From assembly GCA_963720425.1 (NCBI GenBank), contig OY970391.1:2459557-2523556 (forward strand): a DNA stretch of 64,000 bases, written 5' to 3'. Shown piece after piece: positions 8,693 through 17,837 of this stretch. The position numbers were made by a program, and so were the translations under genes. Under the pieces are notes generated by a model. That model was given only the letters and a program-made list of their open reading frames with translations, searched no databases and had not been told where the DNA came from. The DNA comes from an uncultured Alphaproteobacteria bacterium (lineage in GTDB: Bacteria; Pseudomonadota; Alphaproteobacteria; Rhizobiales; Beijerinckiaceae). How positions within the stretch are numbered: the first letter of the stretch is position 1; each line of letters starts with the position of its first letter.

Positions 8693-8887
8693 TCACACAT
8701 CGTCACGCAGCACGCCCCAGCCGACTGGGTACATGGACCCGAGATTATACTGAGCCTTAGCGTTGCCTTGGTCGGCCAGCGGACGAAAAAGCCGCAGCGC
8801 GGTCGCATAGTCGCCTTTGGCATACGCGGCCTCGGCATCCTCAAGCTGCCTGGCCGCGACAGGCGCAGCAAAGCTCAACACCAGCAT
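8693..8887 (-). pseudogene. Sel1-repeat protein fragment
   Basis: AYAKGDYATALRLFRPLADQGNAKAQYNLGSMY; only one repeat, abuts a Zn-ribbon-family fragment at 8640-8700. Confidence 0.5.
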
Positions 8888-9162
8888 GACGCGATGACGG
8901 GGTTGAAGGCGCGTTTCATGTTGGTCGCCATTCGGCGGTTTTCGGACCTAACCTAGCCTCAAACACGCCCTCTTCGGCAGCACGCAGTTCTCATCGCCGT
9001 GCTGCATTGCGGCCGTCCTTGACCCCTTTCCGGGCTCTCAATCTGTCAAGTTTCCACTCTGACCGAAGAGAGATTGACCGAGGGATGACTATAGGCGGCG
9101 CGTGATATACTTCGCGAGCGAAGCAATTGATTCGCGCTATTTTCTTTTGGAGAAATTTTCAA

Positions 9163-9453
9163 ATGAATGCACTTGCAACAAGTGGAACTTTTCTGACTAG
9201 CAAAACTAACGATCAGCGGTTCCGGTACACGACATGCTGCAGCGACTTAAACACTGCGGAAACAAAGTATGCTGTTGGGTATGACGATGCTCGACTCGCG
9301 GCCGAAGAGGCGAAACGTTTTCATCGCTTGAAAAAGTTTTCCGAGGTGATCCGGGTTCGCGGGCCTTGCGACGCCACGCCCGCCGAACGGGCCGAGTTCG
9401 CCCATCGGGACTCCGATGGAGTTGGCTTCACAGCGGACCCTTGGCTGCAATGA
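9163..9453 (+). CDS. hypothetical protein
   Basis: 96-aa ORF from ATG 9163 with GGAGA RBS; no motif recognised. Confidence 0.35.
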   Translation: MNALATSGTFLTSKTNDQRFRYTTCCSDLNTAETKYAVGYDDARLAAEEAKRFHRLKKFSEVIRVRGPCDATPAERAEFAHRDSDGVGFTADPWLQ

Positions 9454-9568
9454 AATGATCGGCGGCGCTGGTTCATCCGCAGACGCCAGGTACATTACGG
9501 TCACGACCCCAAGACAAACAGCAGCCTCCCCAACCGCCATGGCCTCAGCTTGTGTCGAAGCTCTCACG

Positions 9569-9721
9569 TTACGGGCAGGGATGGTACCGCTTATCATTGC
9601 CCAGATACATTCCGGTCGCCGGATTGTAGGAGCGGAAATGCGCCTCGCAATAGGCGACACCCCCACCGCCCGGCACATTCGGGTAACCACCATAGCCATA
9701 GCCGCCATAGCCATAGCCGAA
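9569..9721 (-). pseudogene. BA14K-family protein, C-terminal fragment
   Basis: FGYGYGGYGYGGYPNVPGGGGVAYCEAHFRSYNPATGMYLGNDKRYHPCP*; 5' part missing. Confidence 0.55.
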
Positions 9722-10065
9722 AAGTCTGGCGCGCGCTCACGCAACCACGCCTGATCGAGGAGTGGCTCATGAAGAGCGACTTCAAGCCTGTCGTGGACCA
9801 CCGTTTCAATCTTCGCGCAGACTGGGGCGCTGTCGACTGTCAGGTCCTTGCAGTCGAGCCGAACAAAACGCTGTCTTACACGTGGGCGGCCTATGGTCTC
9901 GAGAGTGTTGTCACCTGGACTCTTACCCCTACGAGCACGGGGACCCACCTACGCATGGAGCAGTCAGGCTTCCGGCCGGATCAGCAGCAGGCTTACCAAG
10001 GCGCCAAGGCCGGGTGGCAACGGTTTTTTGGGGAACTGGAACGCGTGCTCAGTGGCCTAACGTAG
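9721..10065 (+). pseudogene. SRPBCC/AHSA1-family protein, N-terminally truncated
   Basis: KVWRALTQPRLIEEWLMKSDFKPVVDHRFNLRADWGAVDCQVLAVEPNKTLSYTW..GTHLRMEQSGF; abuts the BA14K fragment. Confidence 0.55.
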
Positions 10066-10089
10066 GTCTCCGCGTTCAACCTTCTCTCA

Positions 10090-10241
10090 TGGCACTGATA
10101 GGCAACGCTGACGCCCAGACCGCTCTTGGGACCATGTACGCCCAAGGCCAGGGCGCTCCGCAGAACTATACCGAAGCGGCGAAGTGGTTTCGCCTCGCTG
10201 CGGATCAAAAAGAGGCCACGGCCTCGAAGGCCTATTCGTGA
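10090..10241 (+). pseudogene. Sel1-repeat fragment
   Basis: GNADAQTALGTMYAQGQGAPQNYTEAAKWFRLAADQ; runs into a Zn-ribbon-family 5' fragment at about 10205-10270. Confidence 0.45.
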
Positions 10242-10402
10242 TCTGCACGAACGTGGCTTGCTTGCACGCTCCCCGCGCCATCCTCTCTAGTCGCGATCGT
10301 GAGCAAGGCCGCGGCTAAGCCCACGACACAGAGCATCAAAGCGAACGGAATTAGAAGGCGTCGAGCCATTTTGACCTTGATGGCGAGAACAGCAGAAAAA
10401 GC

Positions 10403-10652
10403 ATGACGCTGCAACCACCGACCATCGCGCATCTCAAAGGCCACAGCCTCGAAGGCCTGTTCGTCACTTGCGCCAATGCGGCTTGCCTTCACTCTGCGCC
10501 CTTTACCTTCCCGGCGCTCGGGCTTACCGATGATGTGCGGTTTCCGACGATCGCGCGATGCCGCCGCTTCGTCTGCACGCAATGCGGCTGCCGAACCGTG
10601 AACGTGTCGGCCGGATTGGCGAGCGCATCGCGCGGTTGGGATAGGGCGATAG
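10403..10652 (+). pseudogene. small Zn-ribbon ORF family member, near full length with 1-nt insertion
   Basis: MTLQPPTIAHLKGHSLEGLFVTCANAACLHSAPFTFPALGLTDDVRFPTIARCRRFVCTQCGCRTVNVS, then an extra G near 10607; corrected frame gives PDWRAHRAVGIGR*. Confidence 0.55.
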
Positions 10653-10809
10653 GTTCGTTCGCACCGTCGCCGCCTAACGATCCGCAATCACAAGGGCGAC
10701 GCGGCGTTGATCGCATCGGCACCATTGGACGGAACATCGCCGGCGGTTGCCGCCGCGCCGCAACAGTGCTGCCTGTGCAAAAGCGATAGGCTCCCTTACG
10801 GAAACTCCT

Positions 10810-11007
10810 TCAGTAAACTCGCCGGTGCACCACAACGCCCCCGTGATAGTAGTGGTGATAGTAAGGTGCGCGGACGCCAACAGCGCCATAACGCCCGACG
10901 CAGCCGGCCCGATAGACGCCACGCGCACAAACGATTGCGTTGGCGTTATCCGTAGCAAAAGTAGTCAAGACGAATCCGACCAGCAAAGTTGAAATGAGAA
11001 GCTTCAT
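10810..11007 (-). CDS. small secreted Gly/Tyr/His-rich protein
   Basis: 65 aa; signal peptide MKLLISTLLVGFVLTTFATDNANA; two Cys, YYHHYYHGG. Confidence 0.45.
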   Translation of the reverse strand: MKLLISTLLVGFVLTTFATDNANAIVCARGVYRAGCVGRYGAVGVRAPYYHHYYHGGVVVHRRVY

Positions 11008-11291
11008 TGAGAGTCTCCCCGATGTTTTGTCGACAGAATCGGTAGTCTACAAGTTTCGCCTGACTTTTGCGATTCTGCTCAGTGGGCTAAAATTGGAACG
11101 ATATTCGCTCAATCGCCGAGTCGCCAAAATGTTCCGAAGATCGCGGCTTTGTGATAATCGTGCGCTCCTGTTGAGCTAAGGGCTCGCACCTCAACTAGAA
11201 TTTACTTTTCCGTTCATAAAAATGACTCCCGGCGCGCGTCTGGTGCGACCAGAGCTACGGGGCAGTCTGCTGCGCGAATAAGGAGATCACT

Positions 11292-11528
11292 ATGGCGCGA
11301 CTTGACGAGCCAAGTGCGTGGGAATTTTCGACTGTTGAACGCCTCATAATGGCGCTGGACGATGCGACGCAGCGCGCTTTCGCAGAAGGTATCCGCACTG
11401 ATATGGACGGTGAGCCTCTTCGCAACGTTTTGGCGAGGCATATCCTCGAATTGGCGAAACAAGGCCAAGCCCAGGAGTATCTGGTCGAAGGCGCGTTGCG
11501 GCGACTTATGACAGTGAAGGCGCCGTAG
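11292..11528 (+). CDS. hypothetical protein
   Basis: 78 aa with a strong AAGGAG RBS. Confidence 0.5.
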   Translation: MARLDEPSAWEFSTVERLIMALDDATQRAFAEGIRTDMDGEPLRNVLARHILELAKQGQAQEYLVEGALRRLMTVKAP

Positions 11529-11560
11529 CGCCTGGCACTGCCGGAAGATATAATGAGCGT

Positions 11561-11870
11561 ATGGCTGAATTTGTGAAGGTGGCGAACACGAACGAGGTCG
11601 CGCCCGGTCAGGCCCGGCTCGTGAACATCAAGGGCAAAGAGATAGCGCTTTTCAACATCGAGGGGACTTTCTTTGCCCTCGAAAATGCCTGCACGCACGA
11701 GGAAGGGCCATTAGCCGAGGGAGAAATCGAGGGTCACGAGGTGACCTGCCCGTGGCACGGCGCAAAGTTCGACGTGCGCACGGGAGAGGTCCTCTGTCCG
11801 CCAGCCTATGAAGACCTCCAAGCGCTACAGCGTGCGCGTGATCGGAAACGACATAGAAGTCGAAAATTGA
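11561..11870 (+). CDS. Rieske [2Fe-2S] ferredoxin-like protein, apparent 1-nt insertion near the 3' end
   Basis: CTHEEGPL..CPWHGAKFDVRTGEVLCPP; an extra C near 11819; corrected frame ends KRYSVRVIGNDIEVEN*. Confidence 0.65.
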
Positions 11871-11935
11871 CGCCCCGCGCTGACCGCCCGATGCGGGTAT
11901 TCGGTCGAGCTGATAGCGTTTCTAGCTGTCGCGCC

Positions 11936-12040
11936 ACCCGCTTTGATGGCGATCTTAACGGCACCTTCCATCGGATCTTTGAAGGGCACCTCAATTCGGA
12001 GCAGCCCGTGCTCGTAGGTCGCTTCGGCTTTGTCAGGTTG
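11936..12040 (-). pseudogene. Hsp20/alpha-crystallin C-terminal fragment
   Basis: QPDKAEATYEHGLLRIEVPFKDP directly after a TAG; no upstream part. Confidence 0.35.
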
Positions 12041-12139
12041 TAACCTCTAGAGCGGAGCGCGACCATAAATCATCATCGTTCTTTCCGACAGACGGGTATC
12101 TTCTCTCTCTTCCGTCTTGCGTTTCTTGTCTTCGCCTGC

Positions 12140-13054
12140 GTGGAAACATATGAGAGCGGCGCGTCGGCCGCTGCCACATGGTCCACGACGGATCTCGAAT
12201 CGCATGTGGCGCTACCTTCAGGCACGACCATCGTAAATTCCGTGACCGTAACCTGGCAGGTCGGGAACTACCTCTCCGATGGCCTCCAGATTTATGGGCT
12301 TCTCTGCACCCCGACTTCGCTCCCGGGGCCGTATCCGGTGGCGATTTTGAACCATGGGCTCACGGACGCGCCACCGCTTTATCCGGCGATCGAATCGATG
12401 GGGTGGACTGGCTGCACAAACATGGCTGGAAACGGTTGGCTTACCGCCATCAGCACGTACCGTGGCGAGACAATCGAGGACCTCCCCGCGCCGTACACGA
12501 GCTTCGTTAAGACCTCGGGCGGACGAGTCGAGCTCTGCCTCGGCGAAGTGGACGACGTCCTCAACCTACTTTTCGCCGTGACGGCGATGCCCGACGCCAA
12601 TGCAAACCAAGTCCTTATGTGGGGCCATTCGCACGGCGCGTGCATCACCGAGCGCGCGGTCGAGCGTGGCGCTGCAGTGAAGATCGCAGTCTCGCTCGAC
12701 GGTCCGACCGATTTCACGACCTGGAAACAAAACCCTTTTCCGACCACGGCCGGTCAGGACGCGCGTTCGTCCGCATGGGCGGGGAATGACCCGATCGCGC
12801 TCACCAAGGTGAGGTTTCTCCGCGTGCAGGCTGAAGGGGACACAACGGTGACCCTCGATCAGGCCTGTGAGCTCATGTCGAAGCTCCCCGGGAGCGCGAA
12901 CTACTATCTCTATTCGGCCATTAGCCCCCCCGGCGTCTATTACGTGCCACCCAAAGAGTGCTCCCCCTTTTTCGATGCCATTGAAGAAGGGACAGCTCCT
13001 ACCCGACGAGGTCGCGGGTGGAACATGGACGTCGCCGACCCTGCTCATGTATAG
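12140..13054 (+). CDS. alpha/beta hydrolase (S9/dienelactone-hydrolase-like)
   Basis: GHSHG nucleophile elbow; the upstream in-frame hydrophobic stretch (IFLLFRLAFLVFAC) lacks a start codon, so the 5' end is uncertain. Confidence 0.55.
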   Translation: METYESGASAAATWSTTDLESHVALPSGTTIVNSVTVTWQVGNYLSDGLQIYGLLCTPTSLPGPYPVAILNHGLTDAPPLYPAIESMGWTGCTNMAGNGWLTAISTYRGETIEDLPAPYTSFVKTSGGRVELCLGEVDDVLNLLFAVTAMPDANANQVLMWGHSHGACITERAVERGAAVKIAVSLDGPTDFTTWKQNPFPTTAGQDARSSAWAGNDPIALTKVRFLRVQAEGDTTVTLDQACELMSKLPGSANYYLYSAISPPGVYYVPPKECSPFFDAIEEGTAPTRRGRGWNMDVADPAHV

Positions 13055-13390
13055 CGGGCTCAATCATTCGCTGATTCGTGGAAAGGCTTGGCCGGAGTTT
13101 GCTAGCTTCGTCAACGTCATCGCAAAGAGCGGCGGCTGGCACGCGTCGATTCCGTTGCAGTACTCGCCGTTCGAGAACTAGCAATTCCTATCCAGAGCAG
13201 CCAAGCCTTCATTACTCGAACCATCATTCTAAATTTTGACTTGATGCAGAGTGAACTGAGCGCTTCCATCCCATCGTTCATGCCGTAGCCGCGGTCAATC
13301 GCAAAGCGGCAAATGCAGTCGCGGATCAAGAGAGACGCGAAGCGGCGGTCGAGAACCGAAAGGCTGGGCCGTTCACTCACTGATTTATTG

Positions 13391-13525
13391 CCCCAGTACA
13401 ATCTCGGGGTCGCGTACTCCAACGGCAACGGCGTGCTGCAGAGCTACGCCGAGGCGATCAAATGGTATCGCCTCGCCGCCGATCAAAGCCTCGCTGTCGC
13501 CCAGACCAATCTCGGCGACATGGAA
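13391..13525 (+). pseudogene. Sel1-repeat fragment
   Basis: QYNLGVAYSNGNGVLQSYAEAIKWYRLAADQSLAVAQTNLG. Confidence 0.4.
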
Positions 13526-13532
13526 AGAGCTA

Positions 13533-13898
13533 TTAGGCGGCAACGATCCATTCGTGTGCCTGCCGTGCTTCGCTCGTCGAAAATACCTTCAGCTCTCCAG
13601 GCATGACGAAGCCGAACATCTTTGTCGTCAATCTGATCCACTCCACATCCGTCACGACGGCGACCCGCTCCCAACGTCGCCAATGTTCGATGCCGACCTT
13701 TGTGTCTGCCCACACTGCGCCGGGCTCGATGCCGGCGAAGTCGCTGGCGGTCTCGTAGTAGAGCCGGACCTTGTCGTGCTGCGCGAGCATTTTCTCTACA
13801 GCAGGGACCAGTACGGTCGCATAGTCGCGCTGAGTTACCTGCCCGTGACAGACGAAGGCAGCGACATTGTCGGGGAAGTCTTTCAGGGTTTCGATCAT
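13533..13898 (-). CDS. STAS/SpoIIAA-like (DUF3478-type) protein, paralog 1
   Basis: MIETLKDFPDNVAAFVCHGQVTQRDY..VRLYYE..WERVAVVTDVEWIR; GGAGG RBS. Confidence 0.7.
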   Translation of the reverse strand: MIETLKDFPDNVAAFVCHGQVTQRDYATVLVPAVEKMLAQHDKVRLYYETASDFAGIEPGAVWADTKVGIEHWRRWERVAVVTDVEWIRLTTKMFGFVMPGELKVFSTSEARQAHEWIVAA

Positions 13899-13929
13899 CG
13901 CGGTCCTCCAGATCAAGGCCGGTAGATGC

Positions 13930-14967
13930 TCAATCGCGGTTTGAGTTTCCAAAGATGTTCAGCTTGACCTTTCTGGCATTGGGAAACGCTGCGTCGAATG
14001 CGTCGCGTGTCATTGTCACGCCGTCCTTATTTCGCAGGTATCCATCGCCCGCGTACGACCCAACATGCAAACTTGAGCGGGCCGACATGGTGCCGAGCTT
14101 CAAGGGCGGCATGGTGCAGAAGCAGGTCGGGCACACCATGGTGCAATTGCCGCAGGTCAGGCAGCGCTGGGCGACGTCGTCCCACCGGGGATGGTTCACA
14201 TTCTCCTGGAGAAGCTCTTTGATGCCGTCGGTCTCCAAGGCGCGTCCCATCTGGCTCGCCGTATGCGCGACGACCGCTTCGGCGGCCGCAAGTTCCGCGT
14301 CCGAAGCCGGGCGATGACGCACTTGCTCAAATACTGCGGCGCCCGCTTCGCTGCCAATCTCGACCAGAAAGTCGTGTCTATTTTCGTCGATGAGTTCGGT
14401 CAGCGCCAGATCGAAGCCCGAGTCGACCTTTGGGCCGGTCTTCATTGAAACGCAGAAGCATGTGCCGCCGGCCTGTCCGCAGTTGACAGCGATGATGAAG
14501 GCGTCGCGTCGCCGTAATTCATAGGCCACGTCCGGATAGGGGCCTTTGCAGAAGACCTGATCCTGGATGCTGATGGCGTTGATTTCACGGGCGCGGACGC
14601 CGATGAACGCGAATTTGGGCGGTCTTTTGTATTCAGCTGTGATCGTGACGTCGTCATCATTCTTGCGCGCGCTCCACAGGGTCTTGACTGGCGGATGCAG
14701 AAATCGCTTCCACGATTGCGGCCCGACGGCAAAGCCAAACAGCGCGCCGTCGTCGCGACGTTCCAAATGATAGCGACCGGGCTCCTGCCGATCCGTCCAA
14801 CCCGCCGGCAGATCGAGAAGATTCGCAATCGCGTCGTAGACGATGGCGGCGTCGCGGACAGTTGGCCCCAGGACTCGATAGCCGCGGCTGGCAAGTTCAT
14901 GGATGAGCGCCTGCAGACCCTCGCAGGTGATCACCATTCTTGTCTGTTCCACCGGAGGGCCTTCCAT
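13930..14967 (-). CDS. Fe-S protein, AsrA / hydrogenase-associated 4Fe-4S subunit-like
   Basis: NCGQAGGTCFC and CLTCGNCTMVCPTCFC cysteine clusters; the C-terminal ~60 aa look atypical; partner genes absent. Confidence 0.55.
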   Translation of the reverse strand: MEGPPVEQTRMVITCEGLQALIHELASRGYRVLGPTVRDAAIVYDAIANLLDLPAGWTDRQEPGRYHLERRDDGALFGFAVGPQSWKRFLHPPVKTLWSARKNDDDVTITAEYKRPPKFAFIGVRAREINAISIQDQVFCKGPYPDVAYELRRRDAFIIAVNCGQAGGTCFCVSMKTGPKVDSGFDLALTELIDENRHDFLVEIGSEAGAAVFEQVRHRPASDAELAAAEAVVAHTASQMGRALETDGIKELLQENVNHPRWDDVAQRCLTCGNCTMVCPTCFCTMPPLKLGTMSARSSLHVGSYAGDGYLRNKDGVTMTRDAFDAAFPNARKVKLNIFGNSNRD

Positions 14968-15128
14968 TTATACCAGCTCCGTTGCGTTACAATGTTAAAT
15001 CAAATTAGCGAAGCGGCAACGCGCGATGCGTTTGATTTAGGCCGAGCCGAAGAATTATGGCAGCGCAATACCGAATTGCACTCGGAATACCAATTGTTCC
15101 AAAAGATGACACCGCACGCGATGGTTCC

Positions 15129-15142
15129 TTGATCGGCGTCAA
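15129..15142. promoter_or_regulatory. FNR/FixK-type box TTGATCGGCGTCAA
   Basis: Perfect TTGA-N6-TCAA, 94 bp upstream of the STAS ATG at 15236, in a divergent intergenic region. Confidence 0.5.
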
Positions 15143-15235
15143 CGTGAACTGGCCGAGGTACCCGTTATTTGTTCCAAGAGGCGAAGCACCGACAGCCTGG
15201 GGGCGGCTTCCCGGCTGCACTCTTTGGAATCGAAC

Positions 15236-15601
15236 ATGATCACGCCGCTGAGCGGTTTTCCGGGGAACGTCGTCGCCGTCGCCTGCAGCGGCCGGGTGAC
15301 GCGGGGCGACTATAAGACGGTCCTAATTCCGGCCGTGCAAGCGGCCCTGAAGGCGAATGCGAAGGTCCGCCTCTACTACGAGATCGACCCCGATTTCAGC
15401 GGTCTCGAACCGGCCGCCATGTTGGAGGACTTCTCGATCGGCATGGAGCATCTCTCGCGTTGGGAGCGGATCGCTGTCGTCACTGACGTCGAGTGGATTC
15501 GGCTAGCGGTGCACGCGTTCGGCTTCCTGATGCCGGGCAAGGTGCGGATCTTCCCACTCAAAGAGGCGATAAGTGCTCGCACCTGGATCGCCGCCAACTG
15601 A
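15236..15601 (+). CDS. STAS/SpoIIAA-like protein, paralog 2
   Basis: MITPLSGFPGNVVAVACSGRVTRGDY..VRLYYE..WERIAVVTDVEWIR. Confidence 0.7.
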   Translation: MITPLSGFPGNVVAVACSGRVTRGDYKTVLIPAVQAALKANAKVRLYYEIDPDFSGLEPAAMLEDFSIGMEHLSRWERIAVVTDVEWIRLAVHAFGFLMPGKVRIFPLKEAISARTWIAAN

Positions 15602-15879
15602 ACGCGGACGACATCGTTCGCGGGACGGGCTCCGCGGGAGTATGTTCAATGAACATCGCGAATGCTTTGGGTAAGCCCATGACGGCTGAATCTTAACTCC
15701 TGTCGGCGTCCTCACAAATGCCAACGCGCGAGCGGGCGCGAGGCCCGCATCGATGGGTGCTGACACTCGCCTAGTCCTTGGCCCCAGTGGCAGCCTTTTA
15801 CTCCGCCGTTGACAGCTTGGCGAGCGCAGCTAGCAGATACTGATGATGCACTGAGAACCGGCGGTTTTGGAGCGAACAC

Positions 15880-16321
15880 ATGAGCGATGAGGTCTCCGTC
15901 ACCGTCACGCGCCAAGACAAATATCGATCTCTAGTTGATTTCGGACCCGGCATTGCGCAGCCGTAGCGGACGAGCCCACCCCGCTTGGTGACGGCGACGG
16001 TCCTTCGCCCTCGCAATTGCTGGCGGCGGCGATTGCAAACTGTCTCTCTGCAAGCCTTGTCTTCGCTCTCGGCAAGTTCAAAGAGGATCCCGGGCGTTTG
16101 ATGACGACGGCCGTCTGCGAGATCGGGCGGACCGAGAAGAACAGGCTACGTGTTAACCGAATTAAGGTCACTATGACTCTGGGCGTTGTGCCGAATCGCT
16201 TAGCCATCTCGACCGGGCTTTGGCGCAGTTCGAGGATTTCTGCACGGTTTCCCAAAGCGTTCGAACCGGCATTCCCTTCACCGTGACCGTCAAGGGCCCG
16301 GACGGCCGCATTCTCAAATGA
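15880..16321 (+). pseudogene. OsmC-family protein, two 1-nt frameshifts (copy 1)
   Basis: MSDEVSVTVTRQDKYRSLVDFGPGIAQP* / VADEPTPLGDGDGPSPSQLLAAAIANCLSASL.. / PESLSHLDRALAQFEDFCTVSQSVRTGIPFTVTVKG; about 90% identical to 28043-28322. Confidence 0.65.
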
Positions 16322-16445
16322 AGGCAAACACGCGGGCCCGTGCAGAGGGACTTTGGATCTAGCGGGCACCTTGGGCTCGCAGCGTCGTCTCTAGCCGACG
16401 CGCTACGCCGCGTTCGCGGTGAAGATGCTGGTCGTCTCCATATGC

Positions 16446-17168
16446 CTATGCCATGTACTTTCCACCATTGATCGAGAGCGTTGCGCCGGTGATAAAGCCG
16501 GCATCGTCGCTGGCAAGAAAGACCACGCCGCGGGCAATCTCCTCCGGCTTGGCGAGCCGGCCGATCGGCACCGACGCCACGATCTGCTTCAGCACATCAG
16601 CACGAACAGCGGCCACCATGGCGGTGTCGGTGTAGCCCGGGGCAATCGCGTTTGCGGTGATGTTGCGCGCGGCTCCCTCCCGCGCCAGCGACTTGGTGAA
16701 GCCGATGATCCCGGCCTTGGCCGCGGCGTAGTTGGTCTGGCCGAATTGTCCGGCCAGGCCGTTGATCGAGCTGACGCTGATGATCCGACCGTAGCGCCGC
16801 TCGCGCATCCCTTCGACGACCGCGCGGCACATGTTGAAGCAGCCGCCGAGATCCACATCGATGACCGCGCGCCATTGTTCCTTCGTCATCTTGTGGAGGG
16901 TACTGTCGCGTGTGATTCCGGCATTGTTCACAAGGATGTCGATTGGGCCAATCTCGCCCACAACCTTCGGAACGCCGCGCTGGCAGGCGTCAAAATCGGC
17001 GACGTCCCATTCAAAGACGGCGATACCGGTCTCCTTTCGAAACTGTTCGGCCGCTGCCGCATTACCAAAGTAATTTGCAACGACGGTATGCCCGGCCTTC
17101 TTTAGAGCCTTACATGTTGCGGCGCCAATACCCGTGACACCGCCGGTAACGAGTGCAATACGTGCCAT
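16446..17168 (-). CDS. phaB: acetoacetyl-CoA reductase paralog (SDR)
   Basis: MARIALVTGGVTGIGAA..NNAGITRD..NYAAAKAG..; 240 aa, paralog of 21637-22359. Confidence 0.8.
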   Translation of the reverse strand: MARIALVTGGVTGIGAATCKALKKAGHTVVANYFGNAAAAEQFRKETGIAVFEWDVADFDACQRGVPKVVGEIGPIDILVNNAGITRDSTLHKMTKEQWRAVIDVDLGGCFNMCRAVVEGMRERRYGRIISVSSINGLAGQFGQTNYAAAKAGIIGFTKSLAREGAARNITANAIAPGYTDTAMVAAVRADVLKQIVASVPIGRLAKPEEIARGVVFLASDDAGFITGATLSINGGKYMA

Positions 17169-17374
17169 GATCATTCTCCGAGCTTGAATAGACCCTTGCG
17201 GTTCAAGATCATCAAGTGCGGACTCCATAGTGTAGGCTTTGATGTGAACCACTTGCCGGTATTTGGAAATCGCTGAACCCTGGCGTAAGCCGCGCGCGCA
17301 CCAATAGCTTTCCCCGGGCCTCAGTGAGAGAGCGTCATTAGTCACGCGGCGCAGGAGGTTGACGCGTGACCCTA

Positions 17375-17667
17375 CCGCAACCGTCTGATCGAGCTCATCC
17401 AATACGCACCGATGACGCAGGAAGTCCAAGCCGAGCCGATTCTTATCGTCCCTGCCTGGATCATGAAGTACTACATTCTCGATCTGTCGCCGAAGAATTC
17501 GCTCGTTCGTTACCTCGTCGAGAATGGGTACACCGTCTTCCTCATTTCGTGGAAGAATCCGACCGAGAAAGAGCGCGACCTCGGCATGGAGGACTATCGC
17601 CGACTGGGCGTCATGGCCGCACTCGATGCCGTTGCGGCGATACTGCCAAATCAGCAAGTCCATGCGG
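17375..17667 (+). pseudogene. internal fragment of a class I PHA synthase gene
   Basis: About 97% nucleotide identity to 25005-25297 of the intact phaC. Confidence 0.85.
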
Positions 17668-17837
17668 GACGAACCCCGTGCGGAGTATTTCCTCGACGGC
17701 TGACACGCCACTTCCATCGCCCAACCCCGCATCGACGATCATAAGGTCTAGTTTGCATCGAACAGCGGCGGCAACCGCATCAGCCTGGGTGGCTTCGATT
17801 GCGCAAACGTCGTGTCGCCTCGCCTATCAATGTCGGG

